Source: Alkalispirochaeta sp.
GTDB lineage: Bacteria; Spirochaetota; Spirochaetia; DSM-27196; Alkalispirochaetaceae
Length of the DNA: 64,000 nt
Assembly (NCBI GenBank): GCA_965601925.1
Contig: OZ271854.1
Span: 3,232,001 to 3,296,000, forward strand
Reading direction: 5' to 3'
This document shows, piece after piece, positions 18,639 through 27,827 of the stretch (positions within the stretch are counted from its first letter, which is position 1; each line of letters begins with the position of its first letter). The translations under genes were made by a program, and so were the position numbers. The notes under the pieces are model-generated. The model saw only the letters and a program-made list of their open reading frames with translations, was not told the DNA's origin and searched no databases.

Positions 18639-20447
18639 TCAAAAGGTAAGCGTGACGCGCGTTCCGTTGTCGTTTTCGATTTCCAAGGTACCGGCGAGTT
18701 GCTCCGTCTCCGCCCGGACGAGGCGTAATCCGAATCCGGCCGTGTCGTCGCGTATCGCGCGTGCGGGAATCCCGATACCGTCGTCCTCGACTCGTACGCG
18801 TACGCGACCGTCGTCGGTCTCCGCGACCGATACGCGTATCTTGCCGCGCTCGTCGTCGGGAAAGGCGTACTTCAACGCGTTGGTCACCAGCTCGTTTACG
18901 ATAATACCGACGACCGTGGCGCGCTCGGGAGTGAGGATGATTGCGCTCGACGCGGTATCTACGACGAGATCGACCGGATCGCTCTCGTACGTATCTGCGA
19001 GGGCGTCGACCAACTCCGGAAGAAGCGCGTTCAGATTCACCGAGCCGTAGTCGCCGGATTGAAACAGTTGGCGATACATATGCTCGATTCCCGCGATACG
19101 GTTGCGCGCATCCAGCAGCGCTGCGGCGACCTCCTCCTGGTGAGTGGAGCCCGCTTGCAACATCAAAAGGCCGGTAATCATCGCGAGGTTGTTCTTTATG
19201 CGGTGGTGAACCTCCTTGAGTAGTCGATTCTTCTGTTCCACCAACGCCTCTATTTCCCGTTTGGCGCGACGATGTTCCGAGATATCCTGCGTAATACCCA
19301 CCAGACGTTTGACGCCCGAGCCCGGTGTCTCGTACACCACCGCGCCCACGTCGCGAAACCAACGATACATTCCGTGCGCGTTACGCATGCGAAACTCAAT
19401 CTCATACCGCTCCGATCGGTGTTCGATGTAGTCGGCGAGCGCCTGCCTTACGGAGTCTCGATCGTCGGGATGAACCAGTTCCGCAAAATCCTCATAGCGC
19501 GGAAACCGATCGGGGTCGAAGCCGAGCATCGTCGCCTTTGCGGGGCTGAACGACACGGTACCGTCCGGGAGCGTCATCTCCCACCACGCCAGCTCGCCGC
19601 CTTCAAGGGCGATGTTGAGGCGGCGGGTCTGTGCCTCCAGCATCTCATTCGCCACCCGGCACGGCGTAACGTCGAGAAAAACCGTCGCAAAGAGCTTCGG
19701 CCCCGGCGAGAAGACCGAGATATGGAAGTGCTTATTTAGTCGTCCGTAGTACGTTTCGAACGTATGCGGCTCCCCGGTCTCCGCCACCCGCGCGTACACC
19801 GAGAGGTAGGGCGGCTCGTCGTCGCGGTATACATCGGTTGCCAGCTTACCGACGACTTCGTCCCGGGAAAGACCGATAATCGCTTCAAACTGCGGATTCA
19901 CGTCGAGGAGGCGATAGTTGATCGCCGTACCCTCCGCGTCATAGACCACCTCGTGGAGCGCCCCTCCCTCGTTCATCATGCGAAAGAGGTCTTGAAAGCG
20001 CTCGTCGGCCACGTGGACCTCCTTGCGCGCCGCCTCCCGTTCGTCCGACACGCGCCGTTGGTGGGCGTCAAAGAGGTGGAAGGCCATCTCGATGGAGGAG
20101 AACAACACGAAGTCGTCGGCGCTTTTAAGTACGTATCCGTATCCGGTCAGATCCTGCACTTCATCGAGCTTATCCCCCTCTTCGTAGGAGGCGACGAATA
20201 TGATCGGTAGATCGCGTATGGCAAGAATGCGTTGCGCCGCCTCTCCACCGTCGATCCCGGGGCCAAGGTCGATATCCATCAACACGAGATCGATGTCGGC
20301 GTCGTTCCCGACGGCGACTATCGCGTCCTCTCCTGTGTCGACGACCGTCACCCGATAGCCGTGACGGACGAGGCGCATCGTCTGCTCCGCGGCGATACCC
20401 GGCTGGTCCTCGACATAGAGAAGCTTTTTTCGTATCACCTGCGACAT
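18639..20447 (-). CDS. Hybrid REC-PAS-PAS-HisKA_2 histidine kinase
   Basis: N-terminal receiver (YVED, LVLMDIDL), two PAS domains (VHPDD, WFRD.G), EVHHRIKNNL H-box, NELVTNALKYAF and DDGIG; start 20447 behind GGGGGA. Confidence 0.9.
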   Translation of the reverse strand: MSQVIRKKLLYVEDQPGIAAEQTMRLVRHGYRVTVVDTGEDAIVAVGNDADIDLVLMDIDLGPGIDGGEAAQRILAIRDLPIIFVASYEEGDKLDEVQDLTGYGYVLKSADDFVLFSSIEMAFHLFDAHQRRVSDEREAARKEVHVADERFQDLFRMMNEGGALHEVVYDAEGTAINYRLLDVNPQFEAIIGLSRDEVVGKLATDVYRDDEPPYLSVYARVAETGEPHTFETYYGRLNKHFHISVFSPGPKLFATVFLDVTPCRVANEMLEAQTRRLNIALEGGELAWWEMTLPDGTVSFSPAKATMLGFDPDRFPRYEDFAELVHPDDRDSVRQALADYIEHRSERYEIEFRMRNAHGMYRWFRDVGAVVYETPGSGVKRLVGITQDISEHRRAKREIEALVEQKNRLLKEVHHRIKNNLAMITGLLMLQAGSTHQEEVAAALLDARNRIAGIEHMYRQLFQSGDYGSVNLNALLPELVDALADTYESDPVDLVVDTASSAIILTPERATVVGIIVNELVTNALKYAFPDDERGKIRVSVAETDDGRVRVRVEDDGIGIPARAIRDDTAGFGLRLVRAETEQLAGTLEIENDNGTRVTLTF

Positions 20448-20547
20448 GCGCAGTCCCCCAATATCGATGCTCAAGCGATCGTTGCACGCTACATATAGCG
20501 TAGCATATACGGCGGAACCACGCTACCAATGTGGGGTGCGGAGCCGC

Positions 20548-21639
20548 TCAGTTCGACGTCTTCCGCTCGTCCGGGTACGGAAATGTAATGCGGGCGATAG
20601 TACCCCCATCCTCCGATATTTCGATAGTTCCGCCGATGTGGGCCGTTAATCTCCTGAGCAGACGCATGCCGAATCCGCCGCGCCGGCCTTCGTCGACGAT
20701 GTCCCGCGTGCCGACGCCGTCGTCTCGTACGATCAGTTCGCAGCACCGACGCGGCGAGTTCACCGAGAGCGTGACGAACAACGCCCCTCCTGTACGCCCT
20801 ACGAAGGCGTGTTTCATCGCATTGGTCACGAGCTCGTTGATGATCATCCCCAATGACGATAGGAGTTCGGCCGGCAGTACGCTGTCGTCGACCTCGGTCA
20901 CGACCGTTACCGGGGGCTGATGCGGGAAGACTTTGACCAGCTCGGCGACCAACGGCACTAAATACGTGGCGGCGGAGGCGGAGTGCGTCTCACGCGAAGT
21001 GTACAGCGTGTTGTAGAGCACTTGCATGCTCTTGAGGCGCGTGTGGGCGTCGCGGAGCGCGGTCGCCGCGTCGGCGTTCGGGGCGTTCGAGGCCTGCACC
21101 GAGAGGAGACTTGCCACGGTATTCATATTGTTTTTGATCCGGTGGTGCGCCTCCTCAAGGAGAAGCTGCGTCTCCTCCAGACGGAGCCGGTCGTGTGCCC
21201 TTTCACGCTCGCGTCGGGTGATGTCGGTGCACAGGAGCGCTATGTGGCTGCGATCGGTCGGAAACGCCCACCCGAAGAAGTGGCGGTCGTCTTCCTCATC
21301 GAGGTGTTCGACGGAGGCCGCGCGCCCGGATTCGATGACTTGTCGGTACAACGCCAGCCACGGGGTGCAAAACGTCGGTAGTGCTTCGCGGAACGTGCGC
21401 CCTACGAGCGCACGAGACGGTGCATCGACCAGACGCTCAAAGGCGCGATTGACCGACACGAAGCGATAGGCGATAGGCCGCTTTGCGGCGTCATAGACGA
21501 TTCGGTGCACGGCAAACGGTGCCGCCATATCGTCAAAGAGGCGTCGGTAGTACCGTTCGCCGTTGCAAGGCGCGCTCCCGTCGTCCATCGACGGCCCCTC
21601 GGCGATCCGCTTTCTCCATCGCTCGGCTAAAGGCGTCAT
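20548..21639 (-). CDS. PAS-domain HisKA_2 histidine kinase
   Basis: PAS (YRFVSVNRAFE), EAHHRIKNN, NELVTNAMKHAF, DDGVG and GFGM motifs; SD GAGGAG. Confidence 0.88.
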   Translation of the reverse strand: MTPLAERWRKRIAEGPSMDDGSAPCNGERYYRRLFDDMAAPFAVHRIVYDAAKRPIAYRFVSVNRAFERLVDAPSRALVGRTFREALPTFCTPWLALYRQVIESGRAASVEHLDEEDDRHFFGWAFPTDRSHIALLCTDITRRERERAHDRLRLEETQLLLEEAHHRIKNNMNTVASLLSVQASNAPNADAATALRDAHTRLKSMQVLYNTLYTSRETHSASAATYLVPLVAELVKVFPHQPPVTVVTEVDDSVLPAELLSSLGMIINELVTNAMKHAFVGRTGGALFVTLSVNSPRRCCELIVRDDGVGTRDIVDEGRRGGFGMRLLRRLTAHIGGTIEISEDGGTIARITFPYPDERKTSN

Positions 21640-21882
21640 CTACACTCCTCACACACCGTTCATGACGCGCACTCGTTCGCGCCGTTCCGCGTTTCGAGAT
21701 GACATTCTCTTATAGTTTCTAATCTTGGTTTCCAATAATTCAAATTGAAACGGAGTATGCCGAAACATACCTCACTACGCGCGCCGATTCGGGTCATTTT
21801 ACCACGCATATTCGCCTTGGGCAACGGCGGATATTCCTTGTGGGCATGTTGTCAATCCTTTCCCCAGAGCGAAGGATTACTT

Positions 21883-22233
21883 GTGCCAACGGAGAAGCGC
21901 AGACCAGAGATTCAGTACACCCTCTCGCGCAACATCAAGGCTGCCCGTGAAAAACTCGGCTATAGTCAACAAGCGTTGGCCGAGCGCGCCGATCTCTCCG
22001 CCGGACACATGAACGACCTCGAACAGGGCCGAAAATGGGTCTCGGCGGACACGCTCGAGCGACTCGCCGGCGCGCTCCTGATGGAGCCGTGGATGCTGCT
22101 TATCCCCGAGAATACGCCGGGTCGACCGGCGGATTACGATTTGCTCACGCACTTCGCCTCCCGGATGAGAGATCAGCTGAACACCGCCGTTGCAGAGACG
22201 CTGCAGGAACTACTCAAGAGTTCCGACCGGTAG
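21883..22233 (+). CDS. XRE family HTH transcriptional regulator
   Basis: NIKAAREKLGYSQQALAERADLS...NDLEQG...TLERLAGAL; probable GTG start at 21883 behind GAAGGA. Confidence 0.88.
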   Translation: MPTEKRRPEIQYTLSRNIKAAREKLGYSQQALAERADLSAGHMNDLEQGRKWVSADTLERLAGALLMEPWMLLIPENTPGRPADYDLLTHFASRMRDQLNTAVAETLQELLKSSDR

Positions 22234-23283
22234 AGAGGGTTTTTTTGAGCGCCCGAGCGCGCTGTGAGACGCCTTGTATATCCCAAAATCGAATTTTTCG
22301 ATATTTGTGACAATCGGAATCATAAGATGCATCTCTTGGCGCGTCATGACCGGAAGGTTCAGGAGGTCATTGCGATACTCGAGCGCTCGGCCGTTGTGGG
22401 CGGCTGCGAAGGTTTCATGGTCGTTGATCCGCTGAATTTGGCGCCGGTTGAGATCCCCAATCGGAGACGCGATCGTCCCTTCGATAACCGGAAGGAGCTT
22501 CCGTTCGATCTCCACGCCGTGCGAGTTACGCCCCGCGGCGAGTGCCGCCGCACTTGTCGTGCCCGTTCCGAGAAAGGGGTCCAGGACGAAATCCTCCTGC
22601 ATGCTGTACATGTTGATAAGGCGAAAAACGACCTCGAACGGAAACGCCGCGCTTCTGTGTCGGGAGCCGTTCCGCCGCAGAGCTTGGCGCGTTCCTTTGA
22701 GATCCCACACATCGGAGAACCACGCGTTGCGCTCTTCCCAGAAAAAGGCGCTGCGTTGCCTGCGCTCTTTCTCGTGGTCGGAGAAGACGCGCCTGCCGCC
22801 TTTGCGAAATATCAAGATGTGCTCGTGCTCCAACGTGACGTACGCTCCCGACGGGAGCATCCCCGATCCCATGAACTTGTTCGGTGCGTTGGTCTGCTTG
22901 CGCCACAGCACCGTGGGAAGCGACTCGAATCCCAAGGATTCGAAGGCCACCGTGATGCGGGCGTGGTTGGTGTAGAGGCGAAAGCCGTCGCCGACGGTGC
23001 GCGTCGCGTCGCCGATGTTGATGCAGGCAAATCCCCCGGGACGAAGCACGCGATAGCACTCCCGCCATACCGCGTCGAGAAGACGGTGCATCAGCTCGTG
23101 GGCCTCGACGCCGTTTCCCGCCTCCAGAGCCTTGGTGACAGCAGGATTTTGCGCCCCAAATGCGGAGTCCCAGATACCGATCATAGGATAAGGTGGAGAG
23201 GTCACCACGAGGTCGATCGAATCGGATGCAAGATATGAGATGTCGGCGGCGGACTGAAACCTGACGGTATGATGCGTTTCCAT
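22210..23283 (-). CDS. Orphan N4/N6 DNA methyltransferase, beta class (probably m4C)
   Basis: Catalytic DLVVTSPPY precedes the SAM motif VLDPFLGTGTT; start placed at ATG 23283 (METHH). Confidence 0.92.
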   Translation of the reverse strand: METHHTVRFQSAADISYLASDSIDLVVTSPPYPMIGIWDSAFGAQNPAVTKALEAGNGVEAHELMHRLLDAVWRECYRVLRPGGFACINIGDATRTVGDGFRLYTNHARITVAFESLGFESLPTVLWRKQTNAPNKFMGSGMLPSGAYVTLEHEHILIFRKGGRRVFSDHEKERRQRSAFFWEERNAWFSDVWDLKGTRQALRRNGSRHRSAAFPFEVVFRLINMYSMQEDFVLDPFLGTGTTSAAALAAGRNSHGVEIERKLLPVIEGTIASPIGDLNRRQIQRINDHETFAAAHNGRALEYRNDLLNLPVMTRQEMHLMIPIVTNIEKFDFGIYKASHSALGRSKKPSLPVGTLE

Positions 23284-23430
23284 CGCCTGTACCATATCAG
23301 TGAATCGATAGAGGGTGTACAAGTCGTGTTGCTTGCGTCGACCGACGCCGTTGAGTATCTTGGGCACCGGTACTACGTTGGAGAGATACAACGCACCGCT
23401 TTCGTTCAATCGATACATCCGGAGTAGCGT

Positions 23431-24429
23431 ATGAGCGCCATCGAAGTGCACAACCTGAGTCGAACCTATTTCTCAACCGTCGGCATCGTTCGTCGGCGTC
23501 GAAAAGAGATCGAAGCGGTGAAGCCGCTCTCATTTTCGGTGGAGGAGGGAGAACTCTTCGGGCTTCTCGGTCCCAACGGCGCCGGTAAAACTACCACCGT
23601 GAAAATGCTCACGACGCTGCTCATCCCCACCGGCGGAAGTGCTCGGGTGGCGGGATTCGATGTAGAGGGCGAGGCGCGGGAGGTCCAGCGGCGTATCGGC
23701 TTCATATTCGGCGGCGAGCGGGGGCTGTACTGGCGACTCTCGGGCGAAGACAACCTGAAGTATTTTGCGACGCTTTACCACGTCGATCCCGAGGTGACCT
23801 CGCGACGCATTCCCTATCTGTTGGAACTGGTCGGATTGAAGGGGCGGGGAAATGAGAAGGTAGAAGGGTACTCTCGTGGGATGAAGCAACGCCTCCACGT
23901 CGCGCGTACGCTTCTCCACGATCCACCCATTCTCTTTTTGGACGAGCCCACCATCGGTCTCGATCCGGTGGGGGCGCGTGATTTTCGCCGGGTAATCGGC
24001 GATTTACGCGACGAGGGAAAGACGATACTCCTCACGACTCACTACATGTACGAGGCGGATTTGTTGTGCAAACGAATCGCGGTAATCGATCGCGGAACGA
24101 TCGTGGCCCTCGATTCCCCGGGTAACCTCAAGCGGGTCGTGGACGATCTGTCGGTGATCGAGGTGGAGCTCTTCGGTGCGCCGGATGCGGTAACCGACTC
24201 CGTCGCGTCCATCCCCGGCGTGGAGGCGGTCTCGCTCGAGGAGCGCGAACAGCGTCAGGCACTTATGATTCAAACCCCACGCGGCGCGGAAATCGTCTCG
24301 ACGGTCATGGAGCGGCTTCAGGCCCATCGCGTGGGGCGAGTGACGGTACGGGAGCCGACGTTGGAGGACGCCTATGTTCGCCTGGTCGACGGAACGACGG
24401 GACGGGACACGGGGAACGATCGCGCATGA
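23431..24429 (+). CDS. ABC exporter ATP-binding protein (DrrA-like)
   Basis: GPNGAGKTT, YSRGMKQR, LDEPTIGLD, TTHYM and C-terminal EPTLEDAY. Confidence 0.92.
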   Translation: MSAIEVHNLSRTYFSTVGIVRRRRKEIEAVKPLSFSVEEGELFGLLGPNGAGKTTTVKMLTTLLIPTGGSARVAGFDVEGEAREVQRRIGFIFGGERGLYWRLSGEDNLKYFATLYHVDPEVTSRRIPYLLELVGLKGRGNEKVEGYSRGMKQRLHVARTLLHDPPILFLDEPTIGLDPVGARDFRRVIGDLRDEGKTILLTTHYMYEADLLCKRIAVIDRGTIVALDSPGNLKRVVDDLSVIEVELFGAPDAVTDSVASIPGVEAVSLEEREQRQALMIQTPRGAEIVSTVMERLQAHRVGRVTVREPTLEDAYVRLVDGTTGRDTGNDRA

Positions 24430-25217
24430 GGAGGCTTCGATCGAATCTCCGTGTCGTCGGTACGACGATGCTCATGACCTACAAACACACTATGGTCGAC
24501 GGGTTCGTCATTTTCACGGTTTTGATTCAGCCGCTTTTGGTGGCGCTCCTGAGCCTATGGATGCTCCGGGGGCGCGGTGAGGAGTACGCGATCTACGTTG
24601 TGGTGGGCAGCGGCATGACCGGACTGTGGTCGAGTCTGCTTTTTGTCAGCGGCAACGCGGTCAATGTAGAGCGCTGGTTCGGAACACTGGAGACTCTGAC
24701 CGGCGTCCCGTCGCGTCTGGAGGTGATTATCCTCGGCAAGACGTTGGCAAACGTGATCCAATCGGTACTCTCCATGGTCGGCACCTATCTTGTGGTCTCC
24801 TCAGTCCTTGGATACCCTCTGACCGTCGCCATGCCGGGTGCGTTTTCACTCTCGGTGGCGTTCGTGCTCGTAGCGTTCATCTCCTTCGGATTGATCATTT
24901 CGCCCCTGTTCATCCTCAATCCGCAGATCCAGCAGTTTCAAAACGGAATCGAGTTTCCCGTGTACGTTCTGAGCGGCTTCCTCTTTCCCATTCTCATGCT
25001 TCCGCAGTGGACCCGACCCATAAGCTACGCCCTTCCGACCTACTGGGCGGCGAAGGCGCTTCACGCCACTTCTCGCGCAACCGAAAGCGCGGCGGAGATT
25101 CGCTTTTCGTGGTTCATGCTGATCGCGCTCTCGGGCGGCTTTTTTCTCGTAGCATCGTTTCTGTTTCGCGCGACCGTGAGACGGGCAAAGACCAACGGCA
25201 CCTTGGATGCACGGTAG
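24426..25217 (+). CDS. ABC-2 type permease
   Basis: About six TM segments; ERW.GTLE and LSGFLFPI..LP.W..ALP motifs; ATGA overlap with the ATPase. Confidence 0.88.
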   Translation: MRRLRSNLRVVGTTMLMTYKHTMVDGFVIFTVLIQPLLVALLSLWMLRGRGEEYAIYVVVGSGMTGLWSSLLFVSGNAVNVERWFGTLETLTGVPSRLEVIILGKTLANVIQSVLSMVGTYLVVSSVLGYPLTVAMPGAFSLSVAFVLVAFISFGLIISPLFILNPQIQQFQNGIEFPVYVLSGFLFPILMLPQWTRPISYALPTYWAAKALHATSRATESAAEIRFSWFMLIALSGGFFLVASFLFRATVRRAKTNGTLDAR

Positions 25218-25225
25218 GAGGACGC

Positions 25226-26020
25226 ATGATACGCCGGCGTGATCTGCAAGTGTTCTGGGAGGGGGCGGTACTCTCCTACAAGGCACTCTTTCGGTGGTTT
25301 CGCCCTGCGACCTATCTCGCCTCAAAGATCGTCATGCCCGTGGCGCAGATGGTCTTCTTTACGCTGATCGGAACGTTCGGAGGCGGCGACCCGCTCTTTT
25401 TCGTCGTCGGGAACGCCATGCAGATTGCCGCGGTAAGCGGTATTTACGGTATCACGATGAGTATCGGCGGCGACCGCTGGGACGGTACGCTCGCGTACCT
25501 CTTCGGCAGTCCGGCCGACCGGCTCATGCTCTTTTTCGGACGGTCGGCGATTCACATCGTGGATGGAGTCATAGGGGTCGCCGTCGCCTTTCTGTGGGGT
25601 GGTCTGTTGTTCGGCTTACGCCCATCGGCGGCCGAGGTCCTACCGCTTGCAGCGGCCGTTTCGGCGGCCGTTATCGGCACGTCGGGAATGGGACTGCTTA
25701 TGGGATGCATCGGGCTCATATCTCGGAACGTCATGTTCGTGAACAATACGGTATACTTTTTGCTGTTATTCCTCTCCGGCGCCAACATTCCCGTCGCGTC
25801 GTTGCCGTCGTGGCTTCGGGCGATATCCTCCTGGGTGCCCCTCACACACGCCATTGCAGCGGCGCGCGAAATCATAGCCGGCGCCGGCATCACACGACCG
25901 GTCGCCGTGCTTTTGGTCCGCGAGGTAGGAATCGGTTGCTTGTATCTCGGGGTGGGATATGCACTCTTTCGCATCTTCGAACGGCGGGCCAAGACCACCG
26001 GTTCGCTCGAGACGATGTGA
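25226..26020 (+). CDS. ABC-2 type permease
   Basis: Start at ATG 25226 behind AGGAGG; DRWDGTL and SGANIPV..LP.W...PLTH motifs. Confidence 0.88.
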   Translation: MIRRRDLQVFWEGAVLSYKALFRWFRPATYLASKIVMPVAQMVFFTLIGTFGGGDPLFFVVGNAMQIAAVSGIYGITMSIGGDRWDGTLAYLFGSPADRLMLFFGRSAIHIVDGVIGVAVAFLWGGLLFGLRPSAAEVLPLAAAVSAAVIGTSGMGLLMGCIGLISRNVMFVNNTVYFLLLFLSGANIPVASLPSWLRAISSWVPLTHAIAAAREIIAGAGITRPVAVLLVREVGIGCLYLGVGYALFRIFERRAKTTGSLETM

Positions 26021-26083
26021 ACGGTTTCTCGAGGCCGGTGAGCCCCGGAACCGCCCCTTTTGTGCAACGGCCGTCGGTTGACC

Positions 26084-26105
26084 GATGTGGTCGTAGTACC
26101 ACATC
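26084..26105. promoter_or_regulatory. 8-6-8 palindrome upstream of the fliG-like gene
   Basis: GATGTGGT-CGTAGT-ACCACATC immediately after TTGACC (26078-26083). Confidence 0.45.
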
Positions 26106-26113
26106 ATTATCGC

Positions 26114-27229
26114 GTGCACAGTTCCCGTGACGCCGCCGGAGCGTACAAAAAAGTGCAAGGGCTCCTCAAAAGCGTCGATCTCGGCGAGAAGGCCGATGCC
26201 GCCTCTCCCGGTGTAGCGAACGCCGAGACTCGGTCGTCCCCAAGTTCGGTGGTGGTACGGGTCGCCCAACTCCTCGCACTGATCGGCCGTCGTGAAGCGG
26301 CCTCGATTCTCAAGCGTATGCCCAAAGAGCAGGCGGACCGCGTTCTCGATGCGATGGCGCACCTCGGACCCATTCCCGTCGAGGAGGCGCGGCGCGTACT
26401 CGGCGAGTTCGGCGCCGCGGGTAGAGAGGCCGTTCGTGCGTCGGTCGCGGGACCTGAGACGGCGCGGGAGATTTTGGTACGCGCCTTTGGGCAGGAGGAC
26501 GGAGACCGTCGCTTTTATCAGATACTGCCCGAGGAACGACCCCGACGATTTGCCTTTCTGGAGGACGCCGACGGACGTCAGTTGGCGGTGCTTCTCCGCG
26601 ACGAGTCGGCGGCGACCCTTACGATCGTCTGCGCGCATATGCCCGAGGCGGCGGCGGCGCGCCTGTTGGACGCCCTTCCGCGAGAGCTCAAATCCGATAT
26701 CGTGCGACGCATGGCGCGCTTGGATGAGGTGGACGGCGCCGTGCTCGATGCGGTGGCGCAGACGCTACGGCGTCGTATGGAGGATATCGAGCGCCCGGAC
26801 GGCGAAGAGATTGACGGGCGGGGGCGCCTTGCCGAGATTCTACGTCATATGGATCTCACCAGTAGCGAACACATCATCGGCGGGTTGGAGCGGGACGATC
26901 ACGACTTGGCGGAGCATATTCGGCGTCAGTTGACCGGTCCCGACGACATATGTTACATCGACGATCGCGATCTGCAGCGTGTTCTCCAAAAAGTTGACGA
27001 TGTGGATATCGCCGTATTTCTCAAGGGAAAATCGGACGATGTGACCCGAAAAATCGGCCGAAATTTGAGCGATCGGAGGCGCCAGCTCATCGACATGCAC
27101 CGCGAATCACTGGGACCCATGCATCGACGCGACGTCGACCGCGTGACGGGAGATTTCATGGAGTTGCTGCGGACGATGGCGCGCGACGGCGAGATCGTGC
27201 TTCGTCTCCCCGGCGAGGAGTATATATAA
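26114..27229 (+). CDS. Flagellar motor switch FliG-like protein (paralogue)
   Basis: RVAQLLALIG..AA.IL, F.FL...QL..LL.DE, LQRVL.KVD..DIAV.LKG and RNLS.R resemble FliG N/M/C domains; start uncertain. Confidence 0.8.
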   Translation: MHSSRDAAGAYKKVQGLLKSVDLGEKADAASPGVANAETRSSPSSVVVRVAQLLALIGRREAASILKRMPKEQADRVLDAMAHLGPIPVEEARRVLGEFGAAGREAVRASVAGPETAREILVRAFGQEDGDRRFYQILPEERPRRFAFLEDADGRQLAVLLRDESAATLTIVCAHMPEAAAARLLDALPRELKSDIVRRMARLDEVDGAVLDAVAQTLRRRMEDIERPDGEEIDGRGRLAEILRHMDLTSSEHIIGGLERDDHDLAEHIRRQLTGPDDICYIDDRDLQRVLQKVDDVDIAVFLKGKSDDVTRKIGRNLSDRRRQLIDMHRESLGPMHRRDVDRVTGDFMELLRTMARDGEIVLRLPGEEYI

Positions 27230-27753
27230 TGGCCGAGCCGAATCTACGCCTTGCCTATCTCTTTTGGATCCCATCGTTCTTCGGATGCGCGGGACTCCAC
27301 CGATTTTACCTCGGTAAGCCCGTTTCGGGACTCTTCTTTTTTTTCACGTTCGGCTTCTTCGGGCTGGGTACGTTGTACGACGGCCTCACCATGCCCCACC
27401 ACGTTCGTCAGGCGCGACTCTCGCGGCGCCTCGATCGCATCCTGGAAAATCAGACCGCCGGCGGAGCCGAACGCGTCGTCTCGCCGGATCCGGCGGCGCG
27501 GCCCAAACGCCGGCGACCCGAGTCGGTCGATCACGTCATTTTGAAGCTGGCCAACGAGCGCCACGGCGTCGTTACCCCCTCGCGCGTCGCCCTTGCGGCC
27601 CGGATCTCGCCCGAAAAGGCGCGCGATCAACTCGATACGCTGGTCGGGCGCGGGTTCGCCGATCTCCAGGTCACCCGCGACGGGCTGATCGTGTACGTGT
27701 TCCCCGAGTTTCTCGACGATGAGGGTAGAGGCGAACTGGAACGCTTGAGTTGA
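27229..27753 (+). CDS. TM2/NINE domain membrane protein with C-terminal winged-helix-like region
   Basis: AYL.W...FG.AGLHRFYLGK..SG....FT.G.FG.G..YD. Confidence 0.85.
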   Translation: MAEPNLRLAYLFWIPSFFGCAGLHRFYLGKPVSGLFFFFTFGFFGLGTLYDGLTMPHHVRQARLSRRLDRILENQTAGGAERVVSPDPAARPKRRRPESVDHVILKLANERHGVVTPSRVALAARISPEKARDQLDTLVGRGFADLQVTRDGLIVYVFPEFLDDEGRGELERLS

Positions 27754-27827
27754 CCGTATAGTGCTCGGACCGGAGCGCGTCCTCCTTCGTTGACCCGTAA
27801 GGCCCGTTTTTCTATCATAGACGGTCT

